Of a stretch of DNA of 64,000 nt, positions 57,201 to 64,000 are shown one piece after another. The DNA is from Planctomycetota bacterium. Its GTDB lineage: Bacteria; Planctomycetota; UBA1135; UBA2386. Where the stretch lies: positions 30,641 to 94,640 of the forward strand of contig JBKDXM010000150.1 of assembly GCA_046306335.1 (NCBI GenBank), written 5' to 3'. The translations under genes and the position numbers were made by a program. The notes beneath the pieces were generated by a model, which was not told the origin of the DNA, ran no database searches, and saw nothing but the letters and a program-made list of their open reading frames with translations. Every line of letters begins with the position of its first letter. Within the stretch, counting starts at the first letter, position 1.

Positions 57201-57243
57201 GCAGGGCCGAGCCGGTCCGCCACGATCCGATGCGCATGTTCAT
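54229..57243 (-). CDS. Large exported Gln/Ala-rich coiled-coil protein (DUF4175-like C-terminal type)
   Basis: Signal peptide (LLLALAAAAAPA-Q), about 1000 aa helical Q/E/A/R-rich sequence, QGQPQ repeats, C-terminal LIAELEMLK motif. Confidence 0.75.
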   Translation of the reverse strand: MNMRIGSWRTGSALLLALAAAAAPAQQGPAQQDPEAMERLRRDQEEILRKAERLHGMMQRLQQRYEREQKPEQVKLLQEGVAHLERSGMLREVAGIRDDIAASAYAEALRKQKEVVTDLERLIDILLERKSMASLDADLAQVAEQARSARELEERQRALRDRTAEAMQSPPSPGEQRLLDALQQLRDAERREADANSRQAGTRRPFLESGLQRVRELLRDQARLEQGLADEKAGRRGEAKAREFDLGELAERTRELQAELRDQQRQLDLGAAAGELQQQAAGSDQAAVERARDALEAKLQQAPRRGGTSEGKARDPEWTALKESLRAAGNGATEAERTRLQELGQKGAEVGAARAAEAARRNADAAGKLQQGAERLADRMRTGETPATAPEASPAAAVAEAQQRLAEAATAAAAGDLPKAQQTTEQALAALDRARARQQQQNPDADLNAARMAAEARAAGQELRNAPNAEAAEQQASDLLQAAESALRDVSEPPTGSPESAPSPQGQAPQGQQGRQGQAQPGQGPQGQPQQGQPQQGQPQPNEAQRREQAAARSRQALQQAEQALQQALEQASANSTPDMQQAAARQEELRQQADAARQQMQQAASEGAITNEQRDKAAQQVQQAMDRMQRAGERLQQGQQASAAAEQQAAAEELQQAMTALDRNRPVDAAKRERVQQEAAQQRQLQEDIVRLAEQLKQRQAQAAERKAQQAADAADRARRAMEQGEMEEAQQRQEEARQKLDEAAKELEQEEDRYQDLRQEELLFRMADELTTFLERQRPITAQTAEAAKSATADGLSRAMRSKANQLGEEEQDLAGKLAALVQALTEEGNLVYQAVLKANVDDLREVARRLAGRRPDVGSFTTMLQGDVERRTEDLLAALERERQRREQERNEQQQQQQQQQDRGRNRFNQQRKKLVSLIAELEMLKKLGVDTRTATDNLRTLVEARGDATISEAETALIERLAHRHGEITKLFQQIKAGVEETMQQMQQQEGQEPEGGRGR

Positions 57244-59561
57244 CACTTGCCTCGCAGGTCCTTGGTGCGGTCTTGCACGTCGCGTTGCCGGTCGCGCAGG
57301 GCGCGCACGTCCTGCACGAGATCCTGGTAGTCGTTCCAGTCCTGCAGCAGCAGGAGCAGCTGCTGCAAGCCCTGTTCGAGCCGGCGCTGGCCGTCGCGCA
57401 CCCGCTGCAGCGCCGCGCGCCGTTCGGCGTCGTCGCGCGCCACCTGCGCCTCGGCGAGCGCGCGCGCGATGGCCTGGGCGGTCGGCCCGGCGGCGTCGTC
57501 GGCCAGCCGGACCATCGCCAGGATCGGGTCGAGGCAGCGTTCGAGCGCGCCGAGCGTGCCCTGGGCGCGGCGGTCGGCGAGGTCGCGGTAGAACGCGGGG
57601 TCGAGCGCCAACGGCTCGGTCTGGCGGCGGCTGTGTTCGACGTAGAGTTCGACCACGCGCGCGGCGTTTTGGCTGGTCTCCAGCCGGTTCCAGAGGTGGG
57701 TGTCGAACGCGCGCATGAGGCCGCGGTGGGCGCGTTCGAGCGCGCTGCGGACGCGGCCTTGGCCGATCTCGACGCTGGGGGCGGCGCGCGCGAGGTCCGC
57801 CGCCGCGGCGGCGCCGGCGAGCAGCTCGTCGACGCGGGCGGCGCGGTCCTGCTGCAGGTCGAGCGCCTGCGCGACGTCTTCGCGCAGCGCGCGGAAGGCG
57901 CGCGCGATCGCGGCCGCCAGCTGCGGCTCGTCGACGATCTGCACGATGCGGCGCGGCAGTTCGGCGGCGCCCGCCTGGGGTTGCCGGTTGTCGCGCATGG
58001 CGACGGTCAGCAGCAGGCCGTCGCCGCCCTCCTTCGCGCCCGGCGCAGCGCTGCGTTGTCCGAGCAGCGCCGCCACCTCGTGCAGCGCCGTCGGCACGGC
58101 GCTGGTCGCGGCCGCTCCGGCCTCCGGCGCCAGCATCGGCAGCGCCACCGGCGCGGCGTCGCCGCGGCCGACCAGCAGGTCCACGGCGGCGAGGCCGAAG
58201 TCGTCGCGCGCTTCGACGCGAACGCACAGCAGGCCGGTCGGCAGCAGCAGGGCGCCCTCGTCGTCGGGCAGCAGCCAGCGCCCGATCGGCGCGAGGTCCT
58301 GCAGCGCGACGAGCGGGTAGGTGCCGGGGTTCGGGTTGCGCAGGTCGTTGTCGCCGATCAACTCGATCTGGTAGCGGTCGCTCGCTTCGAGACGGAAGCT
58401 GCCGCGAAAGCGCATGGCCACGCCGGAGTCGTCCTGCACGGCGACCGGCGCCAGCGGCACCCGGCGGCCGCTCTCCAGGAAGCTCATCGTCGCCGACTTC
58501 ACGGCGGCGGTGGTCGTCGCCGTGAGCTCGACGTCGCTGCCTACCAGCGACTCGATCGCGCCGCCCTTCTGCTCCGTCGCGGGCTCGCCGACGTAGGCGG
58601 GCGGCGTCACGGTCGCCGCGATGGCTGCGACCTGCGGCGGCAGCACGGGGCGCACGACGACGAGGCGATCGCCGCGGTCGTCGTCACCGCCGCGGGCGCG
58701 GAAGCGGAAGCTGCCGGTCGCGCGCCGGAAGACGTGGCGGAACCGGTCGCCCGGCCGCGGCGTCATCGCCACGCTGCGCGTCTCGGCGCCCGCGCCGTCG
58801 GCGCGCAGCGTCTGGACGTCGAGGAAGCAGTCCTTGGGCACGGCGCCTTCGGCCAGCACCGAGACGTGCAGGTCGGCGCCCGCGGGCAGCGTGATGGTGG
58901 TCTCGCCGTCGCGGTCGTCGCGTTGCAGTTCGACGCCAGCGGGCGGCAACTCGATCGTGAGCCGGGTCTCGCGCGGGTACGCGACGTCCGCGCCGAGGTG
59001 GCGCAGCACGAAGGCGTGCGCCGTCGCCGGCTGCCAGGACGCGCCGGCGGCGAGCACGCCCGCGGCGAGCGCCGCGCCGGCGAGCGCGCGGACGGTCGGC
59101 CGCGGGTCGAGCATGCGCGCGAGCGGCAGCCGCTGCACGGCGTCCGCCGTCTCGCGCAGCAGCGCGTCGATCATCGGCTGCGACTGGTTGCGCAGGTCCG
59201 CCGTCGCCTGCAGCTGCAGCGCCGACACGAGGCGCTGGGACAACTCGGGAAAGGCGCGCTCGAACCAGACCGCGACGTCGAGCGGCGCGAAGGCGCGCGT
59301 CAGCGGGTAGCCGACGAACCGCCAGATGCCGACGGCCGCGGCGGCGACGAGCACGGCGGCGTGGAACAGGCGGATCGGCAGCGGCATGCCGATCCAGCGG
59401 TCGAGCGCGAAGAACAGCAGCGTCAGCGCGCCGACGGCCGCGGTGACGAGGCCGAGCCCGTGCCACAGGTAGCGGCGGCGCAGCCGGCGCAACTGGGCGG
59501 CGAGCAGCGCCTGCAAGGTCGCGTCGATCGCGGGGCGGGGGGTGTCGGCGGCTGCGGTCAC
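57243..59561 (-). CDS. Membrane protein with Ig-like extracytoplasmic region (DUF4175-like N-terminal type)
   Basis: 3 TM helices, ERAFPEL.QRLVSALQL, PP.Y, D..P, A.DDFGL and D...P motifs, C-terminal coiled coil. Confidence 0.72.
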   Translation of the reverse strand: MTAAADTPRPAIDATLQALLAAQLRRLRRRYLWHGLGLVTAAVGALTLLFFALDRWIGMPLPIRLFHAAVLVAAAAVGIWRFVGYPLTRAFAPLDVAVWFERAFPELSQRLVSALQLQATADLRNQSQPMIDALLRETADAVQRLPLARMLDPRPTVRALAGAALAAGVLAAGASWQPATAHAFVLRHLGADVAYPRETRLTIELPPAGVELQRDDRDGETTITLPAGADLHVSVLAEGAVPKDCFLDVQTLRADGAGAETRSVAMTPRPGDRFRHVFRRATGSFRFRARGGDDDRGDRLVVVRPVLPPQVAAIAATVTPPAYVGEPATEQKGGAIESLVGSDVELTATTTAAVKSATMSFLESGRRVPLAPVAVQDDSGVAMRFRGSFRLEASDRYQIELIGDNDLRNPNPGTYPLVALQDLAPIGRWLLPDDEGALLLPTGLLCVRVEARDDFGLAAVDLLVGRGDAAPVALPMLAPEAGAAATSAVPTALHEVAALLGQRSAAPGAKEGGDGLLLTVAMRDNRQPQAGAAELPRRIVQIVDEPQLAAAIARAFRALREDVAQALDLQQDRAARVDELLAGAAAAADLARAAPSVEIGQGRVRSALERAHRGLMRAFDTHLWNRLETSQNAARVVELYVEHSRRQTEPLALDPAFYRDLADRRAQGTLGALERCLDPILAMVRLADDAAGPTAQAIARALAEAQVARDDAERRAALQRVRDGQRRLEQGLQQLLLLLQDWNDYQDLVQDVRALRDRQRDVQDRTKDLRGK

Positions 59562-59577
59562 GGGTTCCGGTGCGCGG

Positions 59578-60699
59578 TCAGCGTTGGAAGATGGGCAGGT
59601 ACTGCAGCGGGATCTGCAGCACCAGGGACGCCACCGCGGTGCCGAAGGCGTCGCCGGGACCGGTGTGGCAGCGCCAGCGGCCGTCGCGCTCCTGCGTCTC
59701 CAGCAGCAGCGCCTTGGTCTTCTTGAAGTAGCTCGTCCACTTCGGGTCGCCGGTCACGTAGTAGGCCTGCACCGCGTAGTAGTGGCCGTAGAAGAAGAAG
59801 TAGTGCCCGACGTTGTCGTTGGAGAAGCGCACCAGCTCGCGATCCATGTAGTCGAGCGCGTCGCGGATGATCGGGCTGTCGTACTCGCCGGCGGCGTACA
59901 GCGTGGTCACGCCGGCCGCGGTCAGCGGGAAGGTCGCGCGCGTCGGCTCGCGGGTCTGGTAGCGGAAGCTGCCGCCGAAGTCGCCGTACGCCGCGCCCCA
60001 GCTGTTGTAGGTGCGGTCGTTGCTGCGCACGGCGCTGCGATAGACGTAGTTCTGCGCGTTCTTGATCGTCGCGAGCGGCACGAAGATGCCGACGTTGCGC
60101 GCGGCGCGCAGGGCGAGCACCTGGCAGACGGTGATCGACATGTCCGACTCGCGCGCGAACGGCTTGTAGCGCCAGCCGCCCTCGGCGTTTTGCGAGCTGA
60201 CGATCAGGTCGACGGAGCGCTGCAGCACGCGCTTGACGTCTGCCCGGTCGATCATGCCGTACACCTCCGCCAGGAACAGCGTGGCGAACGCGTGGCTGTA
60301 CATGCGCGTGCCGTTCTGCGTGATCTGGCCGTCGTCCTGGGCGCAGCCGAGCACGTAGTCGATGCCGCGCTCCAGCACCTTGCCGTACTTGCCGCGGTCG
60401 GGCAGGTGGCCGCCGGCGAGGTAGCTCATCAGCGCCAGCGCGGTGACGCCGACGTGCGGCAGCGGTTGCTCGTCCTGCAGTTCGTAGCCGTTGTTGAGCT
60501 TGTAGCCGACGAGTTGCGCCCAGTGGCCCTCGGGCGCCTGCTCGCGCGCCAGCCAGTCGTGTGCGCGAGCGACCGACTGCCGCAGCTTGTCGTCGATCAG
60601 CAGTTCGTTGCTGGCGCCGCGACGGACTTGTTCCTGGGCCGGCAGCAGCGCGGCCGCGGCGACGAAGGAGGTGGCCAGCAGGCTGGTTCGACGGATCAT
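59578..60699 (-). CDS. Prenyltransferase/squalene oxidase repeat protein, exported
   Basis: QW-type repeats WLAREQ..EG.W, SQNAEGGWRY, ETQERDGRW, plus MYSHAFATLFLAE, SD.S.T and YG.YYA. Signal peptide. Confidence 0.88.
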   Translation of the reverse strand: MIRRTSLLATSFVAAAALLPAQEQVRRGASNELLIDDKLRQSVARAHDWLAREQAPEGHWAQLVGYKLNNGYELQDEQPLPHVGVTALALMSYLAGGHLPDRGKYGKVLERGIDYVLGCAQDDGQITQNGTRMYSHAFATLFLAEVYGMIDRADVKRVLQRSVDLIVSSQNAEGGWRYKPFARESDMSITVCQVLALRAARNVGIFVPLATIKNAQNYVYRSAVRSNDRTYNSWGAAYGDFGGSFRYQTREPTRATFPLTAAGVTTLYAAGEYDSPIIRDALDYMDRELVRFSNDNVGHYFFFYGHYYAVQAYYVTGDPKWTSYFKKTKALLLETQERDGRWRCHTGPGDAFGTAVASLVLQIPLQYLPIFQR

Positions 60700-63600
60700 C
60701 GCGGTCCTCTATCGGCGGCGAACAGCACCACGCCACGGGAGCCGGCGACGGCGATGTGGCGGCCGAGTGCCGCCATCGCGTCGACGTTGCCCGCGCCGGC
60801 GACCGTCCGGTACCGCCGGCCGTTGGGCAGCATACCGGAGCGGTCCTGGAGCGAGACGCACCACAGCCGGCAGCCGCCGCCACGGGCAGGCCGGGTGGCG
60901 AAGGCGAGGAAGTCCGCGCCGTGGACCGGCGCGCCGATCAACTCGCCGTCCTCGCGGGTCAGCGGCAAGGCGAAGGCGCTGCCGGCCGTCCGGCACTCGA
61001 CGCTGACCACCTGCCGCTCGGTGCGATCGGCGTCCGCGAACGAGTCGAGCAGCAGGCGCTCGGGCGCCGGCTCGTCGAGCCACGAGCGCTGCCAGTTGCG
61101 CGGCGTGGCGTCGAAGCCGACCGGCACGGCCCGGCGTTCGGCGCCGGTGTCGGGGTCGAGCAGTAGCACCCGGCAGGCGCCGGCGGCGTCGGCGACCACG
61201 AGGACGAGGTCGTCGCCGCGCATGGCGGCCATCACCAGTTGCGTCGCGGCGGCGGCCTGCCACTGCCATGCCTGCTCGCCGTCCGGAGCGAGCGCGACCA
61301 CCCGCGGCGCATCGCCGGCGAGCGCGCGGTCGCGCGGCAGCAGCAGCAGGCTGCCGTGCGTCAGCAGCGATTGGGGGTAGAAGCGCAGCGCCAGGGCATC
61401 GACGTCGGGCCGCAGGCGCTGGACCGACGGATGCCGCAGCGGCCACGTCGCGGTCGTCGCGCCGGTGATCGGATCGATGCGGCGCACGGTGGCGGCTTCG
61501 CCGTCGGCGAAGTCCATGCCGACCACGCTGCCGCCGACGGCCTTGGGCTTCAGCGCGTCGGCCGCGCACACCCGGCGGAACGTCAGCGTGCCGGACAGCG
61601 GCTCGATGCCGAGCACTTCGCCGCTGCCGACGCCGGCGCGCGGGTTGGCGGTGACCAGCAGGATGCCGGACTCGACGCCGAGGCTCTCCAGCATGCGGCG
61701 CTGGGGGTTGGCGAACTGCCAGCGGATCGCGCCGGTGCGGCAGTCGACGCCGGTCACCTTGTCCATTTCGGGCACGACCAGCGTGTCGCCGCACAGGATC
61801 ACGTGCTCGGCGAAGTCGATGGGCAGCGCGAACAGCTGGCGTTGCTCCGGCTCCTTCGCCGCCGGGTCGATCGCCAACAGCTCCCGCTCCCCGCGCAGGT
61901 AGACGGGCGGCGTCGCCGCGCCTTGGAAGCCGTCGGCGATCAGCAGCGGCAGCAAGTGCAGCACGTCGCTGCCCGCCGGCGGGCGCACCAGCAGCGCGTC
62001 CTGCAGGGGCGTGTCGGGCAGGACGGCCGGCACGGCCGGCGGTTCGCCGGCGGCGGCGAGCTGGCCGTACGTCGCGCCACCGTCGTCCGGCCAGTCGCTC
62101 GGCGTCGCGGCGTGGCTGCGCAGGCGCGCCGCGAGCGCGGCCGCGAGCGCGCCGTTGCCGCGGGTCCGGGCGGCGATCTGCACGCGGCGCAGCAGTCCCG
62201 GGGGCGGCTCGCCGGTGGCTGCCGCCGAGGCGAGCGTCGCCAGCGCGGCGCCGAGGTCGCCGGCGCGGACGGCGGCGTCGAGCAGGCGCGTGCGGGCCGC
62301 GCCGGCCGCCGCGCTGTTCGGGAAGCGTCCGGCGATCGCGGCCAGCGCGGCGCGGTCGTCGCCGGCGGCGGCGAGGGCCTGCCCGGCGCGGGCCTCGGTC
62401 GCCGCGTAGCACTCCCGGCCGTGGGCGCGCACCAGCGCGTCGATCGCCGCGCTCGCGACGTCGGCGGCGGCGCCGCCGACGAGCGGCTGTGGGCCGTGGC
62501 CTTCGAGCAGTTCCTGCCACCGCGCGACCGCAGTCGCCGGCGCCGCCGCGGCGATCGCCTTATGCCACGCGACGAACGTCGCGACCGGCATGCGGTCGTC
62601 GAACGTCAGTTGGCGGCCGCGCGGCAGCGGAAACAAGACCCGCGGGCAGTCGCCGCCAGGCATGCGGGCCAGCAGCGCGTCCAGTTCGGACGCGAAGCGG
62701 CCGGAGTCGCGGCGGCAGAGGTCCAGCACGAAGACGTGCACGTCGGCCCAGCGCGCATCGTCGGGCGCGAGATCGCGCGCGGCGGCCAGCAGCGTCAGCG
62801 CGCCGTCGCCGCCGGTCAGCAAGGCCTGCTGCGCCGTGGCCAGGGCCTGGCCGAACAACTCGCGCTGCAGTGCCTCGCGCACGGGGTGGTCCGGCGGCAG
62901 GCCGCGGCGCTGCGCGGCGGCGAGGCCGCGGCGGTACACGTCGGTGACGGCGGCGCGCTGCTCGACACCGGCGTCATGCGGCAGCAGCGAGCGCCGCAGG
63001 CTGGCCAGCCGCAGCAGCACGGCCGGATCGTCCGGCCGTTGCTTCGCCTCGTCGTCGACCCGGCGGCGCAGGGCGGCGGCGTCGTAGGCGAAGTCGATGG
63101 TGCCCTGGCGCAGCGACACGGCGATGCCGTCGATGCAGACGAGGTTGCCCGGCGCGATGCGGCCGAGCGGCGTCGGCGTGCCGGGCACGGCGGCGCCCTG
63201 GGCGTCGAAGCCGTGCAGCCCATCGGGGCGCACGAACCAGACGGCCTCGGTCGTCAAGGCCGGCCGCGGCGCGAAGTTGCCGGCGGCCCGGCCGCCGCCG
63301 AAGCGGTCCGGGCGGACGATCGTGCGCAGTTGCGTGTCGGCGCCCTGGCGCGGTCGCGCCGACGCCGCCACCGCGCCCCAACCGGCGAGCACGAACTCGT
63401 CCCGCCACGCGCCGCAGAGCCACGTCACGCGGTGGTCGACGTCGTCGACCGTCGCTTCGGCGGGGACGCGCCAGAGCAGCGCGCCGTTCTGCGCGTCCAG
63501 GCCGAGCACGAACTGCGAGTCGAGCGGGGTCATGCAGACCACGCCGTCGGCCACGGCCGGCGGGTTGTTGGCGAAGAACACCTGCCGCTCGGGTTGCTGG

Positions 63601-64000
63601 TGGAAGCTGACGCGCGGCATGCGCACGACCTCGTACGACGCCAGCCACCGCAGGTCGCCGGTCGCGGCTTCGATGGCGAACGCGACGCCGAGGTTGGACG
63701 CGCCGTAGAGCACGCCGTCGTGCAGCGCCAGCGGCGAGGCGGCGAACTCGCTGCGCGCGTTGCCGAACATGTTGACGTCCTGCTGGCCGCTGCAGACGAG
63801 CCGTCGCCAGCGCACCTCGCCGGTGCGCAGGTCGTAGGCGGCGATCGAGAACGCGATCGCGCCCGAGCGGTCGTGCACCGGCGCGTAGACGAGATCGCCG
63901 ACGACGAGCGGCGCGCCGCAGGCGTCGTGGCCGCGGAACCGGCGCGTGCGCGGCCCATCGAGGTCGTCGTAGTGCGTCCACGCCACCTTGCCCGTGGCGC
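60696..64000 (-). CDS. PQQ-binding-like beta-propeller repeat protein with helical/TPR-like middle (5'-truncated)
   Basis: Repeats AYDLRTGEVRW, AIEAATGDLRW, GLDAQNGALLW, GVDCRTGAIRW, LLDPDTG. Frame runs open to the window end, and its stop overlaps the next ATG. Confidence 0.85.
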   Translation of the reverse strand, partial: ATGKVAWTHYDDLDGPRTRRFRGHDACGAPLVVGDLVYAPVHDRSGAIAFSIAAYDLRTGEVRWRRLVCSGQQDVNMFGNARSEFAASPLALHDGVLYGASNLGVAFAIEAATGDLRWLASYEVVRMPRVSFHQQPERQVFFANNPPAVADGVVCMTPLDSQFVLGLDAQNGALLWRVPAEATVDDVDHRVTWLCGAWRDEFVLAGWGAVAASARPRQGADTQLRTIVRPDRFGGGRAAGNFAPRPALTTEAVWFVRPDGLHGFDAQGAAVPGTPTPLGRIAPGNLVCIDGIAVSLRQGTIDFAYDAAALRRRVDDEAKQRPDDPAVLLRLASLRRSLLPHDAGVEQRAAVTDVYRRGLAAAQRRGLPPDHPVREALQRELFGQALATAQQALLTGGDGALTLLAAARDLAPDDARWADVHVFVLDLCRRDSGRFASELDALLARMPGGDCPRVLFPLPRGRQLTFDDRMPVATFVAWHKAIAAAAPATAVARWQELLEGHGPQPLVGGAAADVASAAIDALVRAHGRECYAATEARAGQALAAAGDDRAALAAIAGRFPNSAAAGAARTRLLDAAVRAGDLGAALATLASAAATGEPPPGLLRRVQIAARTRGNGALAAALAARLRSHAATPSDWPDDGGATYGQLAAAGEPPAVPAVLPDTPLQDALLVRPPAGSDVLHLLPLLIADGFQGAATPPVYLRGERELLAIDPAAKEPEQRQLFALPIDFAEHVILCGDTLVVPEMDKVTGVDCRTGAIRWQFANPQRRMLESLGVESGILLVTANPRAGVGSGEVLGIEPLSGTLTFRRVCAADALKPKAVGGSVVGMDFADGEAATVRRIDPITGATTATWPLRHPSVQRLRPDVDALALRFYPQSLLTHGSLLLLPRDRALAGDAPRVVALAPDGEQAWQWQAAAATQLVMAAMRGDDLVLVVADAAGACRVLLLDPDTGAERRAVPVGFDATPRNWQRSWLDEPAPERLLLDSFADADRTERQVVSVECRTAGSAFALPLTREDGELIGAPVHGADFLAFATRPARGGGCRLWCVSLQDRSGMLPNGRRYRTVAGAGNVDAMAALGRHIAVAGSRGVVLFAADRGPR

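Overview
Very GC-rich bacterial chromosomal segment, probably from a Planctomycetota lineage. This is an inference from a planctomycete-type cytochrome c domain protein, a prenyltransferase-repeat/Gln-rich coiled-coil operon and a SMUG1-type UDG. It holds about 54 CDS and one tRNA-Met(CAT). I found no CRISPR array, transposase, integrase or prophage. Most of the long ORFs in the supplied track are antisense or alternative-frame shadows caused by the high GC. Housekeeping genes include korB (partial), a SahR-like regulator with ahcY, lepB, rpoN, dcd, slyD, folE, moeA and lnt. Other clusters are a MoxR/DUF58/SpoIIM/RDD operon, a PilB-PilT-PilB ATPase cluster, an orphan cheD-cheY-cheX trio, a full mreB-mreC-mreD-pbp2-rodA elongasome cluster, and the 3' part of a PQQ-propeller/prenyltransferase/DUF4175-like operon. 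The most notable items are: (1) a perfect sigma54 -24/-12 promoter positioned to give a leaderless ECF sigma factor mRNA, with rpoN in the same window; (2) a candidate unannotated ~145-nt structured sRNA with an ECF-type promoter and a U8 end, between the tRNA and cheD; (3) a kinase-methyltransferase fusion coupled to a GT4, resembling WbdD with reversed domain order; (4) an MreC-like protein with an apparent internal duplication; (5) widespread leaderless promoter architecture; (6) several 15-bp tandem arrays; (7) a 50-aa membrane protein missed by the ORF track. All family assignments come from motif recognition by eye, and no database searches were run.
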